A stretch of DNA of 55,702 nt, the filler included, from Sphacelaria rigidula (Eukaryota): the NCBI GenBank assembly GCA_964200075.2. It is 5 parts of 5 records of this genome, joined end to end, with 100 filler letters (N's around TTAATTAATTAA, not from the genome) between each part and the next. Parts side by side here need not be neighbours in the genome. Positions count along the whole stretch, not along the records: positions 33,483 to 44,542 come from CAXNAA020005458.1; positions 44,643 to 55,702 come from CAXNAA020005459.1; 3 more parts are not named here. One strand, 5' to 3'. The number at the start of each line of letters is the position of its first letter. The stretch's first letter is position 1. The notes under the pieces are model-generated. The model was given only the letters and a program-made list of their open reading frames with translations. It did not search any database and was not told the DNA's origin. This document shows, one piece after another, positions 36,412 to 49,792 of the stretch. The translations under genes and the position numbers were made by a program.

Positions 36412-37300
36412 GTGTTACTGCCGCAAGGGGAAAGGGTTGCATGTCTATCGAACGTTGGTCTTGTTCCGCCGTTTTTGGCGACCGTGTTTCGAAATGATGT
36501 CATTCGCCATATTTTTCGAGAGTCATCTGCGGAGATCGTTTGAGTTGTCGTTGTTTTGCCCTGTTGGTCTGTTTGGTTGGCTCTGAAGCCGATGAACAAG
36601 ACTTGGTGTTCGAATACGGCAGCATTACAGTCTTTCCCTGAGGAGTACTTGATTCCTGTAGCGCGACCAGGTGATGAGGCCGTGAATATAGCAAATATTC
36701 ATATTTTTTGTTTTTTCCCCATCGTTCCATTGTATTTTTCATTTAATGTGAACTTTCCTCTTGTTTTCTTCTTTCTTGCTTTCGGTCGACCATTTCTTTC
36801 TGCGCTTTGATTGTGTTGAATTTTTATTACTTTTTTTTTGTCACGACTTAGTCTGCTATGTCGTTCTGTTCGACCCCTCTTTCTTTTCTTTCTATTCTGT
36901 TCCTATTTTTCTGTTTTTTCTTTCTTTCTCGTGTACGTCTATCCTGAGACCACGGCTGAACCCCCTGGGGGGTCAGTTAAAGTGCGACCATCAAATACAA
37001 AAATGGATTGAGTCTCGAGACTACTACGGACTCATCCGGTGATGGAGGGAGGAGTTGGAAGTATGACGCGAAAAAATAACGCTGCGACACAGTCACCCGT
37101 AATGCACGCACCCAGTCGTCGAAATATTATACAGCGTTGCCATCAGCAGCTTCGTCGGCATTTGTTTTTTTTTTTGGGGGGGGGGGGGAAGGGGGGGAGG
37201 GGGGGGGTGCTTTTTTCTCTCTTTTCGGGCGGCCCCGGTACTTTCNNNNNNNNNNGGAGTGTGGGGCGGGGCGTGGGCGGGGGCGGGGGGGGGTGGTTTT

Positions 37301-37343
<43 letters not shown>

Positions 37344-38441
37344 ACTTTTCACCTCCTTCGGGGCGACTCCGTGATGTCCAGGGACCAACCCATCTCACCC
37401 CTGGTATGAATCTGAATAGCTGTCAAGGCTACACACGACCACTGCTTGCTGACATGATGCTTCCGTCTCTATCAGCGTTTCACTGTCCCACAAGAAAAAC
37501 AAACAGAAAAACTTTCAAGCATGAAACTGTTACATTTCGAGTAAACACATCAACTCTGTAGGTAGCTCAAGAAACATACAATGGGAAAATACAATATATC
37601 GCCATCCCCGGAGCTCACGAAAGGGTTGCGCGGAAGCTGTGCACGAAGTAGACAGCGTCTTGGTCGGTGTCGAACTCGCTAGTGAAGCTGTGGTCCTTGA
37701 GCAGGCATAGTCCATTCCACCCGATATGAGGCACGGCAGTCTGCCCACGCGGACACCAAAAGGAATGAAACATTGAAAAAACACACAGGCAACAGCACGT
37801 ACAGAGCATTTCTACGCTCATCTTACAGTGTGACGTTTTTGAGCGAAGTTTACTCGCTGGGAGTCTCACATTAAACGCAGCTTAGAAAACGACGATGACC
37901 GCATGCCCCCCCCGGAACCTGATGGAAGTTTCCAGCAATGTGTTTTTTTTGCATATATATTTGCACCAGGGGAACTGGATAATCCACTCGTTTCCAAGCG
38001 TCGTATAGAAGTACTACGCCGGCTTCCTGCAGCAGTCACAGTTATTGTTATTAATTTTTCCGTCACATTAGCTCAATGTCTCGAACCCGTGGAAACGATA
38101 CCGCGACGCTTGCCAAGCACCAAACGTTCAGCACGACGGCGTGTTGGTGGGCTGTGCATTATTCCTGGCACCCTAGACAGCCTGTTGTCACCATCGTCAT
38201 CACCATCACTTAATATCGAACCAAAGGTTACTCTTGTGCTAGCCATTTTGTTCTTTGTATTACGACAAGATAATACCAATGTAGACCCGAGACAACAAAG
38301 CTAGCCATTTTTTCCCGTGCATTTACCAGATCGTAGCCCGGATACAGACATGAAGTAGCGAAGCTAACCATAATTTCGTCGAGCTAACTGCCGCGGGTTC
38401 GAGAGATGGAGCAAATGTGATGCAAAAATACTTAAAGTAAA

Positions 38442-38495
38442 GATGATGATGATGATGATGATGATGATAATAATAATAATAATGATGGTGATAAG

Positions 38496-38563
<68 letters not shown>

Positions 38564-38585
38564 TACAATAATAATAATGATAATC
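38442..38585. repeat. (GAT)n/(AAT)n compound microsatellite
   Basis: Direct reading. Confidence 0.95.
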
Positions 38586-38659
38586 TATCAATAATAGGTG
38601 GAACACAGACCGGATACAGACGTGAAATAGCGAAGCTGAACATTTCACACATCGGACAA

Positions 38660-39765
38660 ATCAGCTCCCTAGTGAGCTATGAGAGGTACATGAGCTCCGA
38701 ATGTTTTTCCTGGGTGAGTTATGAGAGCTGTATGAGCTACGCACGTTTGCGATAGGTGAGCTACTAACCCGTAGCTCATCAGCTCACATTCGTCCTGGGT
38801 GAGCTATGAGAGGTGAATGAGCTACGCATGTTTGCCCTGGGTGAGCTACCAACCGGTAGCTCATCAGCTCATATTCGCCCTGGTTGAGCTATGAGAGATG
38901 CATGAGCTACACATGTTTGCCCTGGGTGAGCTATGAGAGCTAGGTGAGCTGCGAATAATTGCCCTGTATGAGCTATGAGAGCTATGGGAGCTACGCATGG
39001 TTGCACTGGTTGAGCTAAAGAGCTACGGGAGCTACGCCGATCTTGGAGTTGTTTCTGCCCGATGCCCATACACGTTGATATTGTAAGTACGTGACAACGG
39101 TTAGATGTGCACACATCTGTTCCGTTTCGTGTAGCGATGGATTTGCTTTTTGTAAACATCAACAATCAAAATGGCTGCATCAGAAGTCATCCGCGCCATA
39201 GCCACCACATACACACACAACAACACAAACAATTCTGCATATGTTTTCCCTGGGTGAGCTGTAAGAGCTGCGTGAGCTACACATGTTTTCCCGGAGTGAG
39301 CTACAAGAGCTAGGTGAGCTACGCATGTTTGCCTTGGGTGAGCTACCGGACGTGGCTCATCCGCGCATGTTTTTTTTCGGTGAGCTATCAACCCGTAGCT
39401 CATCAGCTCATATTCGCCCTGAGTGGGCTATAGGATCTGTATGAGCTACGCACATGTGCGATAGATGACCTACCAACCTGTAGCTCACCAGCTCAGATTC
39501 ACCGTGGGTGAGCTATGAGAGCTGCGTGAGCTACGCATGTTTGCCCTGGGTGAGATACCAATCCGTGGCTCATCAGCTCATATTCGCCCTGGTTGAGCTA
39601 TGAGAGCTGCATGAGCTACGCATGTTTGTCCTGTGTGAGCTACCAACTCGTAGCTCATCAGCGCACGTTCACCTTTGGTTGAGCTATCTGACGTAGCTCA
39701 CATGTACAGGTTTGACTACAAGTGAGCTACCGCCCGCAGATGAGCTAGCTCATGAGCTGTCCTAC
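38660..39765. repeat. AGCT-rich minisatellite array (~41-42 bp units) in two blocks
   Basis: Units like CCCTGGGTGAGCTATGAGAGCTGCATGAGCTACGCATGTTTG alternate with ..GAGCTACCAACCCGTAGCTCATCAGCTCA..; non-repetitive spacer at ~39050-39240. Confidence 0.9.
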
Positions 39766-40799
39766 GCGTGAAACATTTTTGCTTTGCATCAACCAGAACG
39801 CAGGACGGGCGTAGACATGGCATAACGGGGAACAAAACATTTTCATTTCCCCATTCAGAACAAAAATAATCGAGATTATTTCCCTCATATCGCAACGAAG
39901 ATGAGACATACACGGAGACCGAAACCCAAACATGTGAATAATAGCTTGAAGGGTGACCACCTTACACGCAAAATCGAAACCGACATGGGATATAATGACT
40001 AGATAGAATTAGGTCACCCAGACACGATAAACTCACATGAAGGTTGGGTCTCGTGATGAGATTTTCGGAAATCTGTACCGATTTTCATGAGGCGATGGGC
40101 ATCTGTTCAGACATTATCATAAACTCCCCGATTTTTGGGTGCACACGTGTCACACGAAGGGGGGGCATGGATAGCGCAAAAACACTAAGAACTACAGCAA
40201 TCATGAAGCTAAAAACTTACGAATGACCGACCACATGACCCTAAAGAACGAGCACCAAGCGGTAAGAACAAATATTGAGATCTTGCAGGATACAAGCTAG
40301 TACGAAGTGTGGGTAAATTGTTGGCCAAGCCTTCGGCAGCGAAGGTCCATTCGGGACGAATGATGGAATAGCTACTCATGGTGGACCGTATATGGAATGG
40401 GAGGAAGTGGTGATGTGCGGGACATTCCGATGTGTGAGTAAGACGTTGTGTTATGCAAGCCGTCCTTGAATCTTACACGGTGAAAATGACCTCCCTCGAG
40501 GACAGTAATCGGTACAGCTGTGGTGCAAGAAGATAGAAGACACGCTGGTGGTGAGGGTTTACCATGAAGATTGCCGGACACAAACGTGGGGTACTTGTGT
40601 CAAGGGTGTTGAACTTACCTTCAGGCTACGAGCCCATGCTGGAGGCATTATTTAGTGTCGGTGAGCCAGAAACGTATTTGAAAAACACCAGACACCAACA
40701 AGTACTAGGATTGGGATATCCCAGTTCATTGAATGCATCCCACAGCAATGCTTAAAACAAACAAGCTGGAGATATTCTCGAAAGAAAATCAAGAGAAAG

Positions 40800-43760
40800 A
40801 CGGTAAGGAAGGGTGGGTGGAGAAGTCACGAGTGGACGCATAGAGTACAAAAAAATGTACTACTCGTGTTTGGAGTTCCAAACTATGGTGAGAATAGAGT
40901 CCAAGAGGGCGTGCGATGCAGTAGGACCGTACCGTTTAGCAGCGGGAAAAGTAGAAAAGGAGGGGGAACATTTTCGAGTCACGCTCAAACAGAGAGCGCA
41001 CAATAAGTTGGATAGGATAAGGGCAACTGAAGTGTCAGGATGGGATAGAATGGTAAGATGGTTATGTATAATCGATGGAATTGCGAATCAAAGACATAGC
41101 ACTCGGGCAGACCGAGTAAAGGGAAGCAGGACCAAGTGAATGCCCTGAAGGGAAAGGTGTATGTGTGTGTGGGAGGGGTGATAGCAGCCCGAAGCAACCA
41201 GAAAAAGACCAAAACAAAAACGGCAATACAAATCAAGCAGGGGAGAATAGAAGTTGAAAAGACGGAGAGCGAACAATAGACACAACGAGAGTGGAGGATG
41301 ATTAGAAAAGAAGCTGAGAACAGGATCGTGGAATGTGTGTGGATTCGCCACGCAAAAGCACCAAGACTAGAGATAGCTGAGCAAGCAAGTAAGCGCGACC
41401 TATATATAGTGGAAATCGAAGAGTCATGCAGAAAAGATGGAGCGGGAATAGGATGCAAAGTTGAAGAGTACGGACAAATAGTGAAATAGAAGAAGGGACA
41501 GCAAAGCAAGAATAGTAGAGCCGGGGGAGTAATAGAAAAGAAGTAATCAATGAATGCTAGTGTTAGTGGAAGATTTTAATGCAAGGATTGGCAAGGCAAG
41601 GCAACCGAATGAGAATGTTCGGCAATACGGGGAAACGAAGGAACATACGAATGGGGTACTGACCTTCCTTGAAATGGGCGAGATGGAGATGTTGAACAGT
41701 AGAGTAAAAAAGACAGATCCGCAATAGACTAGGAAGAGCGTGCCACAGAGAGAAAGTCTCCTTCTTGACAAAGGGTAGAATATGGAAGAAGTGAGGAGAC
41801 GAAAGTACATCAATGCGTAGCAGACATGGGAACTGTGGATTGTTGTTCAATGTGAACAGACAGCTTACGGACGAGAGTTGTAAACAAGAGGCGGGGTAGG
41901 AAGCTGTGCAAGTGGACAGCAGGCTAAAAGTAAAAAAACAACAACACAACGGTTTTAACAAGAGATTAATGAAAGTGCAGCGAAACTTTCCGAATTGTTG
42001 GAAAGCGCGGGTTCAGCTACTAATACTACCGAAATAGAAATGAATCGGGCAGGGGCGAAGACTACAGAAGAATGAGAGCAATTAGTCAAGACCACAGCAA
42101 GATAAGTGACAGAGAAGATCGTACGCAACAGAGTACTGAAACGGTGGAATGGGAAAGTAAAGAAGCTACAAGAGTAAGGCGAGAGGCACAAAGAAGATAT
42201 ACATCGAATAAAAGTACGGTAGGGTGGAAGGAGTATGCTAAAGCTAGAGACGAGGTAAAAAAGATGGAGGAGAACAAAAAGGGAAAATGAAAATACATAG
42301 TTTATGAAACAAATGAAGACTTTGATGGAAGGATGAGGTAAATGTGAGTAGGAATAACAGGATTACTGGATGAACAGACAGGAGAGGCAGATAATTCAAT
42401 AGCCACGCTAAGAGCACAGAACGGTAAGATAGTAACTCGGAGGGGAAGAGAGAAGTACTAGTAGATCACTACCGAAGACTAGGAACACCAACAACTAACA
42501 AGACGTTCGACACGGGATTTGAGACAGAAATCAACGTGTGGGCAGAGATAAACGGAGAGGCATCAAATGGGAAGACAGTGGATGAAAGTAATTGCATAGA
42601 GTCCACAAGAGAGGAAGTAAAGGAGTGTGTAGCTAAAGTTAAGAATAGAAAGGCAGCAGGGGCAGACGAAATAATGAATGAGTTTATGACGTACGAGGGA
42701 TAGGGAGTGATTACGATGATGGTCACGTTATATCGTCGGATCTGAGAAACAAGAACACACCCAAGAGGTGGAAAGAAGGAGTAGTCGCCAACCTATTAAA
42801 GAAAGGAGACAAGGCTGACCCAGGATATCATGGTATCATGGTATCAGCCCCCCCCTCATCATGGTTTTCTTCCTCGATTTACAGTATTTCAGAATCACTG
42901 CAATATTGTGGACAGAGGGATAATGCTTCTGAGCCCGGCAGGGAAAACATTTTGTGAGATTTTGAACTATAAAGTAGGAACGATGCTAGAATAGGGAGAG
43001 AAAATCAGAGAGGGGCAAGTAGGATTTAGACCAAACAATAGACCATGCGTGCACACTAGGTAAGATTATTCAGGGTGGGAAAGGCGCGGGGCTAACAACT
43101 CACTGTTCCTAGACGCACAGAAGCCCTATGACACCGTGTGAAAAAAGTTGTGGGAAACTGGAATCAGAGGGAAAATATGGAGAGTGGTCAAGAAAATGAC
43201 AGAAGGTGCGAAAAAGTGCCATGATGCTACATGGGGAAATGTCAAAATGTTTCGATACTTCACAAGGAGTTCCAGAGGGATATATATGCAATCACCCACT
43301 CTATTCAAACTATTTATTGACAGCATGATAACAGGAGCAGAAGCAGCAAGCAAGGAGTCAGGGTGGGAAAAGATACGGTATCGGCATTGGTGTTCGCAGA
43401 TGATTTTTTAGGGATATCGAAAGGACCATAAGGAGTACAGAAATAACTGGAGAAGGCCTTAGAATACACTAGGGAATGGAGAGTGACGGCGAACGTGAAA
43501 AATGCGCGGTACTTGTATGTAGCCAGGACAAGGAGAACCCGGTAGAGTTGAAATGGATGTGGAAAGAAGAGCAATTGCCAATCGTGGACCAGTATGAATA
43601 CCTTGTTTTTGGGATTCACATATAGATGAAGTAGTATAAAAGGGTAAGGCACAGATGGGCAAGATAGACGTGATGCTGAATGACTTGCAAATCGATACTG
43701 GGGTCAAGACACGTACTCTGATGAATGTGAGTGTGCAGAAGCGAGCATATAAAGTAGTGG
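40800..43760 (+). pseudogene. Decayed LINE (non-LTR retrotransposon): endonuclease and reverse transcriptase
   Basis: LVEDFNARIG (~41566), KNRKAAGADEI (~42640), WKEGVVANLLKKGDKADPG, RGIMLLS..GKTF, QVGFRP, FLDAQKPYDTV, SPTLFKLFID, LVFADD (43393-43404); many stops and frameshifts; purine-rich sense strand. Confidence 0.9.
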
Positions 43761-44542
43761 GCGGTCTAACTATTTATTTTGTGGCATTTTGTGATTTTTT
43801 CGTAATTGGCGAGTTTCTCGGATTCTTTTGGCTTGCCATCGCTCATCACATTGGGGATCTGAAGATGTTTGTATCCGCTCCACATTACAAGAAAAACTAA
43901 TCATCTGTACTCAACATTGAGTGACTTACGGGCTGACCGGTCATCTGGGGTCCTGCCACGTTTCAGCCCAGATTCTTACTCTTCGGTATTCTCGGTAGAT
44001 TGAGCCTGTCCTGATCATATTTGTGAAGAAATGTACAGTTTTGTTTTCTGAAATTCCCCCAACTCATTGCACTAGAGCCGAAAAACTGTGTTTCACGGTC
44101 AATAACACCCTCCTGACCAACGCCGTATTTACTCGTATCGCCCGATAACACCAACTAACCCTGACTAGGGCACTGTGTTTCGAGGATGATCTGTTTATTG
44201 TACCAGAGTCTACCGACGCTATCAGTTTCGAGTTGTATCAAGAAGTAACACGCGAGGGAAAACCCCAAAACACCCCTGAATAGTTGGACCGGCCACTACT
44301 GTACAGGAGAAGTATACGAGCTGGGCCAGCCTCAATACGGATATAAGCTCTCAAAGCGATATCTCAACGACACAGACGAGTTGGGCCGTGATCCGCATAT
44401 CGTATCAATCGTCTAATCAAGGGGAAGGTGCCCTTCTGCTCGAAAATTTGGGCCAATTCTTTCTCGTCGAGTAAACCCTATGTCTAGTAATTCCTATACC
44501 TAGCGGAGATAGCGTCCACACTAAAATCTAGATGAAACCCCG

Positions 44543-44642
44543 NNNNNNNNNNNNNNNNNNNNNNNNNNNNNNNNNNNNNNNNNNNNTTAATTAATTAANN
44601 NNNNNNNNNNNNNNNNNNNNNNNNNNNNNNNNNNNNNNNNNN
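44543..44642. other. Artificial contig linker
   Basis: Same 44N-TTAATTAATTAA-44N spacer. Confidence 0.98.
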
Positions 44643-44747
44643 TGTCGTTGCATTCGAGACCCATGCCATCAACCGCCGACAGCAAGGGTCTTGTGGCTTT
44701 CACGCGACGCTGTCGGCAGCACGCCAGGCAAACCGGATCATAGCTAC

Positions 44748-45278
44748 CTCCCGTCTGCGCAGTGGTGGTCACACAAACAGACTACACCGATTTCGAAAGA
44801 CCTGCGAAAGCTGGACAGTTTGATGTTCATGAGCTATATGCACATGATGAAAACGGTTCCCAAACCCTTAGGGAGCATGGCTTCCCTGTCCCCCAGCCAG
44901 GCATCGATGAACGAGGAACGACTTTTACAGGCGGGTACAACACACGTGGGGGCCCGGAAAAGTTTATTTCCATCAAAATCTGTGCCTTCGAAGCTGTAAA
45001 GTGTTCCAGGCGCATGGTTTTCTAATACGAACAGTAATTTGTTGAATTATGTTTCGTTGTTCGAGCAGTGTTCGACGGCGATGCCCGAAAAGTTTCGTTT
45101 TGCTGTTGGACAGTTTCTTCTGATGTTCAGCTGGACCTGAAGCGGACACCTTCCCTCAGGTTCTGGGAACCGTTTTCATCATGTGCATATAGCTCATGAA
45201 CATCAAACTGTCCAGCTTTCACAGGTCTTTCGAAATCGGTGTAGTCTGTTTGTGTGACCACCACTGCGCAGACGGGAG
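44748..45278. mobile_element. 531-bp foldback element with ~127-bp inverted arms
   Basis: 44748-44874 is the near-perfect reverse complement of 45152-45278 (CTCCCGTCTGCGCAGTGGTGGTCACACAAACAG...). Confidence 0.85.
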
Positions 45279-47460
45279 CCCCCAAGAAAGTGAGGGGCAA
45301 AACAAAGAATCAGTCTCAACACTCTCGGCCCGAAGCCATCCCACCTCATTTTTGGGAACAGTGGACGCCTTCTGAGCAGGCAGAGTATTGAGATTCCCCG
45401 TTTCTACAGGCCGATATGGCCAAAGCAGAGCGCGATAGGCGCCAAGAGTTTGAGCGCAGTCAACTCCTGATACGTACCCAACGTGACCTTGAAAACCAAC
45501 GACAGGCTCTTGCTCTGCAACAGAGCAAACAGGATAGAGTGCTACGCCAATCGGCAAAAGCTGTTCGGACTGCACAGTTACAGTTGGAACAGGCCCAGCG
45601 TACTCACAGTTTGCAACCTGAGCAAGCAACAGCCCGCCTCTCGGTATCACCGTCCGGTTTGGACGAACAACTAAGACGCCTCCGTCGACTGCAAGTTGAC
45701 CCCCCCGCAACCATAGATGAACCGAAAACTTCATCCAAGGTCACTCATATCACCAACCCAGTCTTGAAGACTGAATCATTTACAGACCCCCCTCTCAACA
45801 CGGGACTTCCCCGCCCCCCACAGCAGGTTCTTACCGCGGTCCCAAAACATGGCCATCCTGTATCCACATATCAGCCTGCAGGCGCCCGTCAACAACCTCC
45901 CCCCCTCCGCCCCCCCTCCCCACGCACCAACATCGTCCCACACGCTCACCCAGCGTACGCGATGACGGCAACGGGCGCGACTCATGTAGGATCATCCCCT
46001 GCACCACTACGGCTGCAGGGCCCAGGTCTGTCTACACTAGATTTATCCGGTACCGTAACCTTGTCGACTATCCCTCTCGCGTCTTTTGTCGACGATCCAG
46101 CTAACGTGGTGCGTTACACATGTCAGGCGCATCATCTCGCAGACCCAATCTGTGAGAAGGCTAATGGCCTACTTGCCTGGTTCCCAAACAACCGCGAGAC
46201 TGTCACGCTTGCGGGGGCGGTCAGATGCGTGCAATCTCAACCCCACCCCGACCACACCACCACACAGATCCAAAATGAGTATGTCAAGCCCCTCATAACC
46301 ATGTTTCGTCATGTCGAGGAAATTCGCAGAACGGTCTTTTCACAGCCACCCCAGAACAACTTGGACCACGCGAGCGGCACATGGGATCAAAAGTTTAGGG
46401 ATGATGGGCAACGTTTTGTACAACACCCTCTGCGCGTTGACGCAGAATGGCAGACTGCGGGTAAAGGGGCAAGTACAGTTAAGGGTGGTGGCGTTCAAAC
46501 CAGATATACGCGGATGCGGAAACAACCCGCGCGCTCCAAATCCCACGCGTCGAGTACCGACGCCAGTGACACGGACAGCCACGATTCTACCATTGCCAAG
46601 TAACGTCACTCCCTCTTGAAAGAGAAAGAGGAAGGTAAGCCAGCCAAAACCGAGAAAAAACAGGTTTCGGTGGAAATAAAGGAGAGTGACCTATCCAACA
46701 TGGAGACACATGAACAGACTCAATCTGCACCACCCCACACATCACGCAGTGACGCCCCCAGCATCCGACGCGCTTATTTGGAACTTAACATCAAGAGTGT
46801 AGGTAAGGTCAAACCCCGGTTGCCTTTCATTGCAGGATCCAACACAAGTCTCAACTGCAGTCAGTTGAGGTCATCGCTCAAGAATGTATTGAGCGATATT
46901 CTCGCCATTTGCGACCCAAACTTCGTCAGTCTCGAAAGCAGCGAGTGGGTCCGTTGGTGGAGCCACCCGCTGCATCGGGCACTAGAGCAGACGATTGACC
47001 TCAACTCCTTGCAATCCTCCAAAATCACTGCAATGTGCGACGCCCATTTCGACCAAGTGTCGCGGGCCCTCAAAAAAGGCGCCAGTGGGAACGAGGCGTT
47101 CACACTTTGTTACAGTTACTTAGCTCGTCGCTTGACACCGGCTACGAAGGGGAATCTGTTGAGAGATTACTCACCTTCAAGGTTTCCGTGAACACACGCT
47201 TCGATCAATACTTGAACGATTTTTGCACTCTAATTTCGGTTACTGTGGATGGCGGGCGTGAACTAGCCCCGACCAACGAGATGGTAATGTCTCTCTTCGT
47301 TCCAGCATGGGGCGACAGGACCCTAGTTTAATGCCGAGTGTTTTCGTGGGTGATGCAGCTACTGCAGCAGTACCATTTGCGAATCTCGACGAAATGTGGA
47401 GTCGACTAGATGGGTTGCGTACGAATTGCACACAGGCTGTCGAGTCGACAGGAGTAAGAC
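45279..47460 (+). pseudogene. Gag-like ORF of a probable LTR retrotransposon, disrupted
   Basis: ORFs 45416-46603 and 46616-47191 share a frame with one TAA between them. Coiled-coil and Pro-rich N-terminus, then a frameshifted AFTLLLQLLSSSLDTGYEGESVERLLTF...ELAP...PSLMPSVFVGDAATAAVPFANLDEMW, which I recall as resembling brown-algal retroelement gag proteins. Intronless. Confidence 0.5.
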
Positions 47461-47463
47461 AGG

Positions 47464-47720
47464 GGGCAATGCTACGGTAGGGGTGCACTTTTTTCGCGAA
47501 TTTTTGTCTGGTTCAGGGGCTCCTAAGGATTCTAGACGCACAAGAATATGGTCCAGGGCATCTCCATTTGCAGATTTATTCGGGATATCCCCAGCACACT
47601 GGAATAGTAATCCTGGCGTACTCTCGCATGTTTTCATAAGTCGTGTTTTGGATGAGATGAGGGGCTCCTAACAATTCTAACATCAGAAATTATTTTTGTA
47701 CCCCTACCGTAGCATCACTC
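47464..47720. mobile_element. MITE family D, copy 1
   Basis: GGGCAATGCTACGGTAGGGGTGCA ... TGTACCCCTACCGTAGCATCACTC TIRs; homologous throughout to 49793-50047. Confidence 0.85.
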
Positions 47721-49184
47721 ATTCCTAAAAAAACATGGAGCTGCGGAGAGATTTATTTCGTCTCTTCTTGTCTCTGGAGCTCACCAATGCGAAGATCGAT
47801 TTTTCTCTGCCTCTCTTTTTGGACAGGACGCGCCTCTGTGCGCTGAAAAACAGGGCAATGTTCCCGTCACCGCTACTACTGTTCTCTGTCACACACATGC
47901 CTGCAAGGACGGTGCGCTGGGGCAAAAATAACGAATGATCCAATTTGAACTTGGGGGGTGTTATTCATCGTTGATTTTACCCTGACTTATCTTAGCATGC
48001 AGTCGTCCGACCCCAAGAGCCTGCCACGTCCAGTTGGGGTGTGTGTGCGTGAGAGATCAAACACTTGTGGAGACCTCCTTGACATGCAGAGTGAAAAAAG
48101 ATACCTATGGTGGTGATCTAACTGTTGCTAGCGTCGTGCAGAGGGGTGCGTCAGATGCATTCTGGAGCTTTCGCTGCTCTGCTCTACTGACTGCCGTCTG
48201 CAGAGCGTCTGCCTAGAGGTCACACAGGGTAACACGATATTATGTACCCCAATTCGAAACACCTTTGAAAACAAAAGAGTTCGGTTTTTCACACTACCTC
48301 GACATGGTTGAAATGACTCTTGTTACCCGAGGGAAAGTGTACGCTTTGGGTCCGTTCAAACGTTCGAAGATACTGTTGAACAGCACTATGAAACTTTCCT
48401 GGCATTGGCATCCGCCAATCAGTACAGTACGATCACAAATCGACAGTTTCACGTTCTTATTAGAAGGCAACAGGCATCAAACTGTTTGCAGGTAGGAAAA
48501 CGGGGATTTTCATACACGAGAAACTCTGTGTTCCCCCGTGGGCGATACATGCCGTCCCAAAACCTCTCCCGTCCTTCTTTCATACCTGGTGGGCGGACGG
48601 GGAAGCCGTGTCGGGAGGTGCTATCGTTCATTCACCGTACGCTTGGCACTAGGACAACGGTCGTAGACATCCGGATTGGGGGATGAGTGTCAAGATCAAA
48701 CGCTCATAGAGACTTTCTCGGCATGTAAAGTGAAACAGGGTACCTCTGGCGGTGACTTAGCTGGTGCTGGCGTGGCCCACATGGGGGCTAGCATACCACT
48801 ATCTGTGAGTCAGTGCGCGTGGGAATCGTTGTTCGTTCAAAGTTTCGACTCTGCAGAGGTCATCACATATGGACTGCTTGCCGTTTCATTTATGGCCCAC
48901 GCCATCAAGCGCTGACCACAACAGTCTTGTCTGAGATTGGCTGAAAGGAGCCCACACAATTCTTTGTCACTGACTGTAGAAAACGGTCCTTGGATAGCGA
49001 CAAAGTTACGAGAAGTTTCTAGAATTCAAACTATATTGATACCCTCAAAACGGCTTTCAAAAGCTGAGCGGAAGCGTCTCATCCGCTCCGGCCAGATAAA
49101 AATAAACGATGTCACTCTTTTTTTCGAGCCCCAGGGGGAATCGGCGAGGACAGACAGTTTCCTACGAAACAAATTTCTAAGAGT

Positions 49185-49790
49185 AAAATACCCGAGTATT
49201 TACTCTACTCAAATGTTGAGTAGGTCGAGTACGGCCTCAAATGCCCTACTCAAATTTGGGGTAGATTGGGTACGGCCGCGAATACTCTACTCTAATTTTG
49301 AGTAGATCGAATACGACCTCCAAGACTGTCATCAAATTTTGACTAAGCATTCTCAGTAAAACTCAAGTATAGAGTATCACTTGAGTATGACCTCAATGCT
49401 CTACTCAAATTCGGGGTAGATCGAGTATGGCCTCGAATACTCTACTCAAATTTGGGGTAGATCGAGTACGGCCTCGAATACTCTACTCAAATTTGGGGTA
49501 GATCGAGTACGACCTCGAATACTCTACTCAAAATTCAAGTAAGCACTCTCAGTAATACTCAAGTATAGAGTATCACTTGAGTATGACCTCGATACTCTAC
49601 TCAAATTTTGGGTGGATTGAGTATGACCTCAAACACTCGACTCAAATTTTGGGTAGATCGAGTACGGCCTCAAATACTCTACTAAAAAATTGAGTACATC
49701 GAGTACGACCTCCAATACTGTACTCAAATACTGCGTAGTATTGAGTAAGCACTCTTAGTAATACCAATACCTGAGTATAGACCATCACTT
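49185..49790. repeat. 41-bp minisatellite related to the interior of MITE family C
   Basis: TCTACTCAAATTTGGGGTAGATCGAGTACGGCCTCGAATAC recurs at 49441, 49482 and elsewhere. Confidence 0.9.
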
Positions 49791-49792
49791 GG

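Noticed and set aside
38770..39665. Repeated CTGATGA + stem on the minus strand resembling hammerhead ribozyme cores
   Set aside because: The stem GCTAC/GTAGC is followed by TCAC rather than the required GAAA, so there is no complete core.
11062..44642. Regular ~11.16-kb periodicity of TTAATTAATTAA
   Set aside because: Assembly linker between size-sorted contigs, not biological.
49185..49790. CRISPR-like appearance of regularly spaced palindromic 41-bp units (also 38660-39765)
   Set aside because: Units are head-to-tail without unique spacers, there are no cas genes, and the context is eukaryotic.
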